From Leucoraja erinacea (lineage: Eukaryota), in contig NC_073407.1 in the NCBI RefSeq assembly GCF_028641065.1, forward strand, positions 28,024,001 through 28,088,000: 64,000 bases of DNA, read 5' to 3'. The position numbers were made by a program, and so were the translations under genes. The notes beneath the pieces were generated by a model. That model was not told the origin of the DNA. It ran no database searches and saw only the letters and a program-made list of their open reading frames with translations. Below are positions 10,155 through 23,309 of the stretch, in pieces. The stretch's first letter is position 1, and every line of letters begins with the position of its first letter.

Positions 10155-13100
10155 GTATGGTGAAGATCCCGGCGCCCGGCACAGGTACACGGCCCCCGGC
10201 ACAGGTACACGGCCCCGGCACAGGTACACGGGCCCGCACCACACCCCCCCCCCCCCCCGGCACAGGTACACGGCCCCGGCACAGGTACACGGGCCCCGGC
10301 ACAGGTACACGGGCCCGCACACACCCCCCCCCCCCCGGCACAGGTACACGGCCCCGGCACAGGTACACGGGCCCCCCCCGCACCCCCCCCCAGGCACAGG
10401 TACCGGGCCCCGGCACAGGTACACGGCGGACACAGGTACCGGGCCCCGCCACCAGGGCCCCGCACAGGTACACGGGCCCGCACACACCCCCCCCCCGGCA
10501 CAGGTACACGGGCCCGGCACAGGTACACGGCCCCGGCACAGGTACACGGGCCCCGCACAGGTACACGGGCCCGCACACACCCCCCCCCCCCGGCACAGGT
10601 ACACGGCCCCGGCACAGGTACACGGGCCCCGCGCCCCCCCCCCCCGCACAGGTACACGGGCCCCGCGCCCCCCCCCGGCACAGGTACACGGCCCCCGGCA
10701 CCCCACACGGGTACACGGGGCCCGCACAGGTACACGGGCCCGCACACACCCCCCCCCCCGGCACAGGTACACGGCCCCGGCACAGGTACACGGGCCCCGG
10801 CACAGGTACACGGGGCCCGCACAGGTACACGGGCCCGCCACACCCCCCCCCGGCACAGGTACACCCCCCCCGGCACAGGTACACGGCCCCGCACAGGTAC
10901 ACGGCCCCGCACAGGTACACGGGGCCGGCACAGGTACACGGGCCCCGCCACCCACCCCCCCCCCCGGCACAGGTACACGGGCCCCCCCCCCCCCGGCCCG
11001 GTACCCCCCCCCGCCCACGGGCCCCCCCCCCCCGGCACAGGTACACGGGCCCCCGCCCCCCCCCCCCCCCGGCACAGGTACACGGGCCCCGCCCCGCCCC
11101 CCACAGGTACACGGGGCCCGCCCACGCCCGGTACAGGTACACGGGCCCCCCCCCCCCCCCCCGGCACAGGTACACGGCCCCGCCCCCCCCCCCCGGCACA
11201 GGTACACGGGCCCGGCACAGGTACACGGGCCCCCCCCCGGCCCAGGTACACGGGCCGGGCCCCCCCCCCGCACAGGTACACGGGCCCCCCCCCCCCCCCC
11301 GGCACAGGTACACGGGCCCGCCCCGCCCCCCCCGCACAGGTACACGGGCCCGCCCCGCCCCCCCCCCCGGCACAGGTACACGGCCCCACGGGCCCCGGCA
11401 CAGGTACACGGGCCCGCACAGGTACACGGGCCCCCCCCCGGCACAGGTACACGGGGCCCCGCCCCCCCCCCCCCCGCACAGGTACACGGGCCCCCGCCCC
11501 CCCCCCCCGGCACAGGTACACGGGCCCCCCCGCCCCCCCGGCACAGGTACACGGGGCCCCGCCCCCCCCCCCCCAGGGTACACGGGGCCCCGCCCCCCCC
11601 CGGCACAGGTACACGGGGCCCCCCCCCCCCCCCCGGCACAGGTACACGGGCCCCGCCCCCCCCCGGCACAGGTACACGGGCCCCCCCCCCACAGGTACCA
11701 CAGGTACACGGGCACAGGTACCACCGGCCCCCCCCCCCCCCGGGCACAGGTACACGGGCCCCGCCCCCCCGGCACAGGTACACGGGCCCGCCCCCCCCCC
11801 CGGCACAGGTACACGGGCCCGGCCCCGCCCCCCCCCCCGGCACAGGTACACGGCCCCGGCACAGGTACACGGGCCCCGCCACAGGTACCGGGGCCCGCAC
11901 AGGTACACGGGGGCCGCCCGCCCCCCCCGGCACAGGTACACGGGCCCGCCCCGCCCCCCCCCGGCACAGGTACACGGGCCCCGCCCCCCCCCCCCCCGGC
12001 ACAGGTACACGGCCCCCGGCACAGGTACACGGCCCCGGCACAGGTACACGGGCCCCGCACAGGTACACGGGGCCCGCACAGGCACAGGGCACGGGCCCGC
12101 CCCCCCCCCCCGGCACAGGTACACGGGCCCCCCCCCCCCCCCACACAGGTACACGGGGCCCCGCCCCCCCCCCCGCCACAGGTACACGGGCCCGCCCACC
12201 CCCCCCCCCCGGCACAGGTACACGGGCCCGCCCCCCCCCCGGCACAGGTACACGGGCCCGCCCCCGCCCCCCGCACAGGTACACGGGCCCGCCCCCCCCC
12301 CACAGGTACACGGGGCCCGCCCCCCCCCCCCCGGCACAGGTACACGGGCCCGCACCCCCCCCCCCCGGCACAGGTACACGGCCCCGCCCCCCCCGCACAG
12401 GTACACGGGCCCGCCCCCCCCCCCAGGCACAGGTACACGGGCCCCGCCCCCCCCCCCACAGGTACACGGGCCCAGGTACACGGGCCCCCCCCCCCCCGCA
12501 CAGGTACACGGGCCCCGCCCCCCCCCCCGCACAGGTACACGGGCCCCGCCCGCCCCCCCCCCGCACAGGTACACGGGCCCGCACAGGTACACGGCCCCGC
12601 CCCCCCCCCCCCCCCCCCGCACAGGTACACGGGCCCCGCCCCCCCCGCACAGGTACACGGGCCCGCCCCCCCCCCCCGGCACAGGTACACGGGCCCCGCC
12701 CCCCCCCGCACAGGTACACGGGCCCCCCCCCCCCGCACAGGTACACGGGCCCCGCCCCCCCCGCACAGGTACACGGCCCCCGCCCCCCCCGCACAGGTAC
12801 ACGGGCCCCGCCCCGCACAGGTACACGGGCCCCGCCCCCGCACAGGTACACGGGCCCCGACCCCCCGGCACAGGTACACGGGCCCCCCCCCGCACAGGTA
12901 CACGGGCCCCCCCCCCCGGCACAGGTACACGGCCCCCGCCCCCCGCACAGGTACACGGCCCCCCCCCCCCCCCACAGGTACACGGCCCCCCCCCCCGGCA
13001 CAGGTACACGGAGGTACACGGGCCCCCCGCCCCCCCCGGCACAGGTACACGGGCCCCGCCCCCCCCCCGGCACAGGTACACGGGCCCGCCCCCCCCCCCG

Positions 13101-16100
13101 GCACAGGTACACGGGCCCCGCCCCCCCCCCGGCACAGGTACACGGGCCCCGCGCCCCCCCCCGGCACAGGTACACGGGCCCCCCCCCCCCGCACAGGTAC
13201 ACGGGCCCCGCTCCCCCCCCGGCACAGGTACACGGGCCCCGCCCCCCCGGCACAGGTACACGCCCCCCCCCCGGCACAGGTACACGGGCCCCGCCCCCCC
13301 CCGGCACAGGTACACGCCCCCCCCCCCCGGCACAGGTACGCGGGCCCCGCCTCCCCCCCCCCCCGGCACAGGTACATGGGCCCCCCCCCGGCACAGGTAC
13401 ACGGGCCCCCGCACCCCCCGGCACAGGTACACGGGGCCCCGCCCCCCCGTACAGGTACACGGCCCCGCACAGGTACACGGGCCCCGCCCCCCCGGTACAG
13501 GTACACGGCCCCGCCCCCCCCATGCATAAGTACACCCTCCTCTCACACAGCCCACCATCACCTGTAACTCACCCCCCTTTCACCTCGTCCATCACCGCTC
13601 TTCGCCACCTCACTCAACTCACCTTCACTCCCCCACCCTCACTTCCTTTTCTCACTCACTCACTCACCCACCCACTATCCCACTCACTCACTCACTCACT
13701 CACTCACTCACTCACTCACTCACTCACTCACTCACTCACTCACCCCACCTCACTCCTCACTGGAAGCAACCAGTGATAGACGGGTTTTTATGTGTTAAAG
13801 GCATCAGGTGACACAGGAAGTTGTACAAACAGATGGGCCATGACCTTATTAACCAAAGGATAATCCCAGCAGGCTGAATGCTGCTGATATTCACCCATCC
13901 TCAGTTTCCCCAACGCCCATCCCTCTTTGAAGCCCATATTGCTGCTTTGGTTTCTGAGCTCCCTGCATCTTGTGACAGGCACCAGTAATGCTGTGCTACA
14001 GACAGTCCGTGCGGCTAGTATGGACACGGTTACTGAAGATGGATATTGCAGCATCTACCACACACACATTCCCACCAACTCTCTGCAAAAAGCCCTGCTA
14101 GCGGCCGGCTCAGCATTCATGTCTCTGTACGACCCATACCGTCATGGTGAGTACATGCCTCTATTACTCTCATCATGCCCGCCCTTTAATGAAAGCCTCA
14201 TTGCAGCTTGTATTGCCTCTCCATTGATCATTGCCTGCCTTGTTTGATGCTCATCAGCCCATGCCCAGGCTGTTTCTAGATCATGTATGTCGGCACATGC
14301 CATTGGACGGTGGTGAACGGTGTTACTCTCTCTGATTCTCCTGCTATCTGTGTCCTGTGGCTGCCATTGGCCAGCTTGACCAGCCGGGGGTATATGTGGG
14401 TACTGGTGTATATGTGGGTACTGGTGTATATGTGGGTACTGGTGTATATGTGGGTACTGGGGTATATGTGGGGGTATATGTGGGTACTGGTGTATATGTG
14501 GGTACTGGTGTATATGTGGGTACTGGGGTATATGTGGGGGTATATGTGGGTACTGGTGTATATGTGGGTACTGGTGTATATGTGGGTACTGGGGTATATG
14601 TGGGGGTATATGTGGGTAATGGGGTATATATGGATACTGGGGTATATGTGGGTACTGGGGTATATGTGGGTACTGGGTATATGTGGGTACTGGGGTATAT
14701 GTGGGGGTATATGTGGATACTGGGGTATATGTGGGTACTGGGGTATATGTGGGGGGGTATATGTGGGTACTGGGGTATATGTGGGTACTGGGGTATATGT
14801 GGGGGTATATGTGGGTACTGGTGTATATGTGGGTACTGGGGTATATGTGGGTACTGGGGTATATGTGGGTACTGGGGTATATGTGGATACTGGGGTATAT
14901 GTGGGTACTGGGGTATATGTGGGGGTATATGTGGATACTGGTGTATATGTGGGTACTGGGGTATATGTGGGTACTGGGGTATATGTGGGTACTGGTGTAT
15001 ATGTGGGTACTGGGGTATATGTGGGTACTGGTGTATATGTGGGTACTGGGGTATATGTGGGTACTGGGGTATATGTGGGTACTGGTGTATATGTGGGGGT
15101 ATATGTGGATACTGGTGTATATGTCGGTACTGGGGTATATGTGGATACTGGGGTATATGTGGGTACTGGGGTATATGTGGGTACTGGGGTATATGTGGAT
15201 ACTGGGGTATATGTGGGGGTATATGTGGATACTGGTGTATATGTGGGGGTATATGTGGATACTGGTGTATATGTCGGTACTGGGGTATATGTGGGTACTG
15301 GTGTATATGTGGGTACTGGGGTATATGTCGGTACTGGGGTATATGTGGATACTGGGGTATATGTGGGTACTGGTGTATATGTGGTGGGTACTGGGGTATA
15401 TGTGGATACTGGTGTATATGTGGGTACTGGGGTATATGTGGATACTGGTGTATATGTGGGTACTGGGGTATATGTGGGTACTGGGGTATATGTGGGTACT
15501 GGGGTATATGTGGATACTGGGGTATATGTGGGTACTGGGGTATATGTGGGTACTGGGGTATATGTGGGTACTGGGGTATATGTGGATACTGGTGTATATG
15601 TGGGTACTGGGGTATATGTGGGTACTGGTGTATATGTGGGTACTGGTGTATATGTGGGTACTGGGGTATATGTGGGCACTGGGGTATATGTGGGGGTATA
15701 TGTGGGTAATTGCTCCCAATATTCCAAAAGCAGCCTGCCCAGCACCTTTTAGAGCCTCATCACCATCTTCTCACGGGCAGAGTGATGGGCAGGACATGCC
15801 AACATTGCCAGCTCTGCCCCGTCCTGAATAACCAGAAGTAATCCTCACCCTCTGTCGCTGTGTGGTAGTTGTTGACAACCCCTTTAATGGGATGTCCACT
15901 TTGTTGAGCTTAACGTGCTCTCGTGTTATAGATATGGTGGCCGTCTTGGCAGAAACGACGGGCCAGTTGGCAGTGCGTACACTCAGGGACAGGATGAGAA
16001 ACGATGTGGAGGGACACCGCATCCTGCAGTAAGTGTGGTGAGTGTGAGTGTGGCTGTGCGTGTGAGTGTGGCCATGGTGTGCGTGTAAGTGTGAGTGGCT

Positions 16101-19100
16101 GTGCTGTAAGTGTGAGTGTGTCCGTGGTGTGAGTGCGAGTGTGGCCGTGGTGTGAGTGTGTCCGTGGTGTGAGTGTAAGTGTGAGTGGCCATGGTGTAAG
16201 TGTGAGTGTGGCTGTGCTGTAAGTGTGAGTGTGGCTGTGCTGTAAGTGTGAGTGTGTCCGTGGTGTGAGTGTGTCCGTGGTGTGAGTGTGTCCATGGTGT
16301 GAGTGGCCATGGTGTGAGTGTGTCCATGGTGTGAGTGTAAGTGTGAGTGGCCATGGTGTAAGTGTGAGTGTGGCTGTGCTGTAAGTGTGAGTGTGGCTGT
16401 GCTGTAAGTGTGAGTGTGTCCGTGGTGTGAGTGTGTCCGTGGTGTGAGTGTGAGTGGCCATGGTGTAGTGTGAGTGTGAGTGTGTCCGTGGTGTGAGTGT
16501 GTCCGTGGTGTGAGTGTGTCCATGGTGTGAGTGTAGGTGTGAGTGGCCATGGTGTAAGTGTGAGTGTGTCCGTGGTGTGAGTGTGTCCGTGGTGTGAGTG
16601 TGTCCGTGGTGTGAGTGTGTCCGTGGTGTGAGTGTGTCCGTGGTGTGAGTGTGAGTGGCCATGGTGTAAGTGTGAGTGTGTCCGTGGTGTGAGTGTGTCC
16701 GTGGTGTGAGTGTGTCCGTGGTGTGAGTGTGGCCATGGTGTGAGTGTGAGTGTGAGTGGCCATGGTGTAAGTGTGAGTGTGAGTGTGGCCATGGTGTGAG
16801 TGTGTGTGAGTGTGAGTGAGTGTGGCCGTGCTGTAAGAGAGTGTCATCTGTGTGGAACCTCTCGATGCCAATGTAGCACTTTAACAGGTTTTAGTGCCTG
16901 CTGCTATGCGTGCTGTGATTGTGCTCCTGGTGTTGGTTTTACAGGGAGAGACCACGCATCAACTCATCTACTCTGGATCTCACTGGCCTGAGGGAGCTGC
17001 CTGAGGGAACGTTTGGCAGAGAATACATCCGCTTCCTTGATGTCAACGTGAGTTTAATCCGTGTTCACCAACCACAATCATCCTGGAGCAGCAGGACTTT
17101 GACATTTTAATCCGAGCAGATTCTTGCCTTGCGCGCAAGGTGTATTTGTTGGCAAGTGTTGGAGTAACTCAGCGGGTCATCTTGAGCAGCAACATTCCTG
17201 TGCCATGGACCCAACAAACCCTGCAATTAGCTGGCAGGAAGCAGAGACCAAAGGGCACTGGGTTTGTTGGTGTGTGGGGCAGAGAGGCAGAGGTGTGTGG
17301 GGCAGAGGGGCAGGCACTAGCCTAGTCCCCCAGCTGTTGCTTAGTGATTACTGAGAGCTGGAGGCACCTGGTCATCGACATGGACAAGGGAGGTTTGTGC
17401 TGAACTTGTCGGCTGCACTAGTTGACTACTTGTGCTTGTACGTGGCTGTACTCGCCGGCTGTACATGTGCATCTTGACCGATACTGGCACTTCCCATTGC
17501 TGGGATCTTTGACAATCGTCCAGGTCTGTGTGCATTGGCCATGTGTTTCTTCATTGAAGTAGTCTCTTGTCTTGATCTGTCAACAAAAATATAGTTGCTC
17601 CAGCTGAAGTTGTCCCACCTCCAGAAATTGTGACCTTCCCCAGAACCTCAGCGTGTGATGGTGGAGAGGCCAGATGCAGGGATCTGTGCAAATGGAACTG
17701 CAGATGCTGCTTTAAACCAAAGAAAGACACAAAAAACTGGAGTAACTCAGCGGGTCAGGCAGTATCTCTGGAGAGAAGAAAGGGGTGATGTTTCAGGTTG
17801 GGACCCTTCCTCAGACTGAAGAAGGATCTCAACCTGAAAAGCCACCCATTCCTTCTCTCCAGAAATGCTGCCTGTCCCGCTGAGTTACTCCAGCATTTTG
17901 TGTCTATCTTAGGTGCAGGGGTCTCCTGGATGGTGGCGTGACCAGGTGTAGGGGTCTCTTGGGTGTTGGAGTGTCCAGGTGTTGGAGTGAACAGGTGTCG
18001 GAGTGACCAGGTGTAGGGAACTCCTGGATAAGCGATAGAGGGGTAGGTAGGGGATCATAAACATTGCTCCACCAACAACCCAAAATCAAAGTCACATGAT
18101 TAAAAACTATGCATTTCCTTTATAAAACAGAGTTCATGCGCAGTTAGAATGTTTTACAATCTAACATGACCCCCTTGTGCTGGATGGGCAAGGACCAGAG
18201 ACACTGCCACGTTGGGCAAGGATATCTGTTGTGCAGAGATGAATGTGGGGGTGAGGCTGCTCCCAGGTTAAGAGGAAATTTATGAATGAATTATTTTAAT
18301 ACTATAAGTAAAAATTGATTCCGTTTTGAGGCCGCAAATGCTGTAAGCAAAGATTTGATATCAGGATCTCGTTCCCGGGGTGAAGCACAGTGTAGAACCA
18401 TGCGGTTCGTGTAATGAGTCCCAGATGCAGGAACTAGGGGAGATTGTTGAAAACATTGATGGAACAATTACAAGCTGCAGCAAAGGGTGTGTCGTGTATC
18501 TGTGTGGCCTGTGTATCTGTGTGGCCTGTGTATCTGTGTGGCCTGTGTATCTGTGTGTATCAGTGTGTATCGGTGTGACCTGTGTATCAGTGTGTATCGG
18601 TGTGACCTGTGTATCAGTATGTATCGGTGTGACCTGTGTATCAGTGTGTATCTGTGTGCATCTGTGGCCTGTGTATCTGTGTGGCCTGTGTATCTGTGTG
18701 TATCAGTGTGTATCGGTGTGACCTGTGTATCAGTATGTATCGGTGTGACCTGTGTATCTGTGTGTATCTGTGTGGCCTGTGTATCTGTGTGGCCTGTGTA
18801 TCTGTGTGGCCTGTGTATCTGTGTGTATCAGTGTGTATCGGTGTGACCTGTGTATCAGTATGTATCGGTGTCACCTGTGTATCAGTGTGTATCTGTGTGC
18901 ATCTGTGGCCTGTGTATCTGTGGTGCCTGTGTAGCTGTGTGGCCTGTGTAGCTGTGTGGCCTGTGTATCTGTGTGGCCTGTGTATCTGTGTGGCCTGTGT
19001 ATCTGTGTGGCCTGTGTAGCTGTGTGGCCTGTGTATCTGTGTGGCCTGTGTATATGTGTGGCCTGTGTATCTGTGTGGCCTGTGTATCTGTGCGGTCTCT

Positions 19101-22100
19101 GTAATTAAATATGAATGACGCCTGCCCAAAGGGTGTGTCACATGAATTATCTGTGACAAATGTCACTTGGACATGTGGTGATTAGAGTTTATGTGCGGCA
19201 TGCAGAGGTGACACGTGCCTGATGAGGGGGCACAGATTGATCGGTCCCTTGTGTCTACAGCGAGTTACTCCTGACAGCCGTATGCCGGTGAGGTTTGTGG
19301 ATGAGGAGGAGCTGGCGTATGTGATCCAGCGGTACCGTGAAGTACACGACTTCATGCACACACTGCTGGGAATGCCCACCAACATTCTTGGTAAGTCCAC
19401 TCACGGGGCAGTGTATGTGTTGGCTTGTGGATGGAATGGGTGACCTTCAGGTGAGCTACCTGTGTATACCTGTCTACCTCTCCTTGTGGGTGACCTTCAG
19501 GAGAGTGTAGGACGGAACTGCAGATGCTGGTTTAAACTGAAGATAGACACAAGATGCTGGAGTAACTCAGCGGGACAGGCAGTATCTCTGAAGAGAAGGA
19601 ATGGGTCACATTTCGGGTTGAGACCCTTCTTCAGACGGAATAAAGGTCTCAACCCAAAATGTCACCCATTTCTTCTCTCCAGAGATGTTGCCTGTTCCGC
19701 TAAGTTACTCCAGCATTTTGTGTCTACCTTCAGGTGAGTTACCTGTGTATACCTCTCCTTGTGGGTCGAGTAGGTGATCTTTAGCTGAATTCATGTTAAT
19801 AAGTGATAGGAGCAGAATTAGGCCATTTGGCCCATCAAGTCTACTCTACCATTCAATCATGGCTGATCTATCTTCCCCCCCATAACCCCTGACACCCGTA
19901 CTAATCAAGAATCTATCTATCTCTGCCTTAAAAATATCCATGGACTTGGCAGTGCATACCTGTCCACCTCTCCTTGTGGGTGGAGTAGGTGACCTACCAA
20001 TTGAATTACCTGTGTCCCTCTCTCCGTGTGGATAGATTAGGTGATGTATTTACCTGCGCATACTTGTCTCCTATCTACCTCTCCTTGCTATTTATTTGGG
20101 AAATACCAGTCTCAGACCTCTGACCCAATGACACATTTCTGCTAAGGACCAGGCTTCTGGGTTGCAATGTAGTTCAGGCAGTTGGGTACCCTCACCTCTC
20201 TACTTCCTACACCAGACGAATGTGGTTAGTTTTTGGGGGGGGGGGGTCATTCAAGGCTTCAGCCAAGGACGAGTAGAACTCCTTTTAAAGTTTGAGTGTA
20301 CCAGATGGATATTGACTCCAACAAACGCACGTGGTCCACCGTGGATTAAGAAACTGTGAAAGAATATTAATAACCTCTCATCGGGCATGGTGAATTTTTG
20401 GGGGTAATTATTGAAACACAACAGGGCCAGGAGGTGTGAGAAAGATTCACAGCAGCATTAGCCTTGCAGTGCACAGGAAGCGAAAGTCAGACAAAACAAA
20501 GATGGAATGAAGTAGAATTGAAACTTGAGGTTAGGCACAGGACAGTAAATGTTCCGATAATCCAGGGAAGAACATGAGCAGCGTCATCTTCCCATGTACG
20601 TCACCAAAGTGAAACTAACAGAATCTACCGCAATGGGAATAGTTGCAGGTGATCTATCGCCAGAGACAGACAAGGTCCGGCCCAACTGATGAGTTGAGCA
20701 GGGACTCCATAGCCTTTCTGAGGTTAGTGGACATGGGCAGTAGCTGTAATAATGGACTGGAGTATTGTGGTGCTCAGCAAGGAGCTGACAACTTCAGCAA
20801 CTGTGTTGCAGCCTGGAGAAGCCCATGTGAACACAACTGGGGAGCTGGCTGCCCTTTCACTGGTTGGGTGGAGGCGATGGATAACTGTGAGAGGATGAGG
20901 TGCAGGGAGTGATGTTGGGGAATGGCTGAGAGAGCTGGCATTGAGTATCAGTCATGTTGCTGCTTTATAGGTCGTCCCATTGCAGGAAGGATGTGGAGGA
21001 TTTGGAGAGGTTTACCAGAATGTTACCGGGAGTAGAGGGGACAAACTTTGAACATGGAATGTACTCCTTGGCAATAAGAGAGCTGAGAACGTGACCCTCT
21101 GGTGGTAATGGGGCAGCAACAAGATAGGGCATGGTAAATCACCTTGGGGCCGACCTATCCCACTTCACAGTGGCCCAGTGCCCAAAACCCTCCAGCTCAG
21201 AGTGTAATCAGTTAGTTTGGGCAATGTAAGAAACATGGCTACATCTGTGGGGTTGGGAGGAGGCTGTGGCCAGGTGTGTTGTGGGAGCACTAACATGTGT
21301 GTTTCTCCACATTGAACAGGTGAGGTTGCTGTCAAGTGGTTTGAGGCGGTCCAGACTGGCCTGCCCATGTGTGTTCTGGGAGCGGTGTTCGGTCCACTCC
21401 GTGTGTCCACCAGGTAAACACTCCTCTCCTGCATCGCCATCCCACTGAGATCTCTAGATAGGAAATTACTTGTGAGAATCTTGCCTTCGTTTCCCTGAAG
21501 ATATTCTGAATAATATGCGCAGATATACGTGGTCATTTATAATACGTGCCATTATTCACTGAAATCCCATCACAAAGGCATGATACCAGTTTTCCTTTAT
21601 GTATATTTCTTGAACATAGCGTGACGTCACCTGTTCCTTCTCTCCAGAGATGCTGCCTGTCCCACTGAGTTAATCCAGCTTTTTGTGTCTATCTTTGGTT
21701 TAAACCAGCATCTGCAGTTCCTTCCTACACATTTCCCTGTGAAACATCACTGGTCACAGTGTCTATCTTGTTTCACAGGGATCAGTGTTGGTGCCTCAGC
21801 TGTTCGTGATTTATATATAAATTACTTGTAGACACAAGGAACTGCTGATTTACAAAAATAAACAAAGTGCTTGAGTAACATGTTCTCCACAGATGCTGCC
21901 TGACCTGCTGAGTTACTCCAGCACTCTGTGAAACGTCACCTATCCATGTTCTCCACAGATGCTGCCTGACCCGCTGAGTTACTCCAGCACTGTCTTTTTA
22001 TAGTGCAAATGTAGGTGGGTTGGTTACTAACTTTACAGACAATGAGGAAGACTATTAAAGGACACAGCAAGTTCTGGATTGTTTGTAAAGATGGGCAGAG

Positions 22101-22843
22101 AAACTGCAGATGGAGTTTAATCCAAGCAATTGTGATGTTTGTTCACCATCTCTCATCCCCAGTCCTGAGGTTCCCCATTGCAAGGGGAAATGTATAGTTT
22201 GGGGGCAGGATCTTTAACAGCACGGATGTACAGAGGGATCTTGGGGTCCAAGTCCATAGCTTCCTTAAAGTAGAAACACAAGTAAATAGATTGGTAAAGG
22301 TAATGTATGGTATGTTTGCGGTGATCAGTCAGGGCATTGAGTATTGGAGTTGGGAAATCATGTTGTGTGCAATTCTGTTTGTCTCATTACAGGAAGATGT
22401 GGAGGCTTTGGAGACTGCAGAAGATATTTACCACAATGCTGCCAGTATTAGAGGGATAGAGGAGGCTGGACAAACTTGGATTGTTTTGTCTGGAGTATTG
22501 AAGGCGAAGGGGAGAACATAGAAGTTTATGTAACAATGAGAGGCAGAGATAGGGTAGACAGTCGAATCTTTTCCCATTTCGCATTGCTATGACAGCAAGG
22601 TTTGAGTACAGGATTCGAGGTAAATGTCTTGCCTGTTCGTGACGCATTCTTGTGTGTCCCTGTGGCAGGAATATCCGTGTTTTAACAAGAGACCTGATCC
22701 CATGGGCTGTGCAGTGCGGTCGAGCTGCTCACTGTGTGCTAAACATCTACTACGAGAACCGATGGGACCAGAGCTTAGAGTCACTGCGGGAGGAGATTGG
22801 AATCATCCCCTGCCCCCCTCTTCAATGCCCGACTAAGGCATAA
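10106..22843 (+). CDS. COQ4: Ubiquinone biosynthesis protein COQ4, mitochondrial (~271 aa)
   Basis: Exons 10106-10154, 13979-14146, 15932-16028, 16945-17047, 19261-19390, 21320-21413, 22669-22843 (816 nt, in frame). Hallmark [28 protein letters not shown] (HDxxH..E), [26 protein letters not shown]. Confidence 0.96.
10175..13520. repeat. GC-rich minisatellite, core GCACAGGTACACGG plus variable C runs (COQ4 intron 1)
   Basis: About 3.3 kb, roughly 100 or more units; no stop codons, giving the spurious 1100-1300 aa ORFs. Confidence 0.97.
13650..13745. repeat. (CACT)n microsatellite
   Basis: Direct observation. Confidence 0.9.
13979..14146 (+). CDS. COQ4: COQ4 exon 2
   Basis: [31 protein letters not shown]. 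Confidence 0.9.
14387..15708. repeat. 18-bp minisatellite GGTACTGGGGTATATGTG (COQ4 intron 2)
   Basis: Direct observation. Confidence 0.97.
15932..16028 (+). CDS. COQ4: COQ4 exon 3
   Basis: (D)[31 protein letters not shown](Q). Confidence 0.95.
16029..16836. repeat. GT-rich minisatellite (GTAAGTGTGAGT / GTGTGAGTGTGTCCGTG) starting at the COQ4 exon 3 donor
   Basis: Direct observation. Confidence 0.95.
16945..17047 (+). CDS. COQ4: COQ4 exon 4
   Basis: [34 protein letters not shown]. Confidence 0.95.
17690..17910. mobile_element. Palindromic Penelope-type terminal repeat pair
   Basis: Inverted ~90-bp arms GACACAAAA..CTGGAGTAACTCAGCGGG..GGCAG..CTCTGGAGAGAAG and its reverse complement; family recurs many times in the window. 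Confidence 0.7.
18490..19095. repeat. Minisatellite CCTGTGTATCTGTGTGG
   Basis: Direct observation. Confidence 0.95.
19261..19390 (+). CDS. COQ4: COQ4 exon 5
   Basis: [43 protein letters not shown]. Confidence 0.96.
19505..19731. mobile_element. Palindromic Penelope-type terminal repeat pair
   Basis: Same inverted architecture as 17690-17910. Confidence 0.7.
21320..21413 (+). CDS. COQ4: COQ4 exon 6
   Basis: [31 protein letters not shown]. Confidence 0.95.
21775..22625 (+). mobile_element. Old CR1 LINE fragment with nested repeats
   Basis: Degenerate [15 protein letters not shown]...[16 protein letters not shown]. Confidence 0.65.
22669..22843 (+). CDS. COQ4: COQ4 exon 7 (last)
   Basis: [37 protein letters not shown]...*. 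Confidence 0.93.
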
Positions 22844-23309
22844 CATGGGGGCTTTGGTAAGAACGTTTGTACAATCATTTATAATAATGATAGGTTGGGC
22901 TGCAGACAGGAGTGTGCCTGGAACAGTCAGTGCCCAGTGTAAGGAGGCAACAGGTCAACTATACAACTATACTCTGGGGGGGGGGGGGGGGGGGGGGGGC
23001 AGAGGGGACACGTCCCCTCCATGTTTTGATAGCGAGTTCCGCTCTTGCATGCTGGCTACCACAATAACCTCACTGACATGCTCTCATTCTATTCTCTGGC
23101 CTTTGCAGGGTTATTTGATGCACCCTGCCCTTTGTTCAACCTGCTCACCAATGTCGGGTTTAGAAATACATTATTGATCTCAATCACAAGCTCTACATTT
23201 TCTTTTGTTATTTTACCATTTTCAGGTGTAGAGTTCTTTCTTTGAATTATTTCAATGGAAATCTTCTTTAGTGACCATGAGTGGAACTGAAGTCCAGGAC
23301 TATGTCCAG

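Noticed and set aside
10175-13520. CRISPR-like look (constant core with variable spacers); also 9015-9350 and 31035-32062
   Set aside because: Spacers are homopolymer variants rather than unique sequence; vertebrate intron context; no cas genes.
9860-13776. 1100-1300 aa Pro/Gly-rich ORFs in all six frames
   Set aside because: Stop-free minisatellite inside COQ4 intron 1; variable C runs would scramble any frame.
14142-16871. YTPVPT / GVYVGT / His-Thr repeat proteins (mucin- or elastin-like look)
   Set aside because: Translations of intronic minisatellites between verified COQ4 exons.
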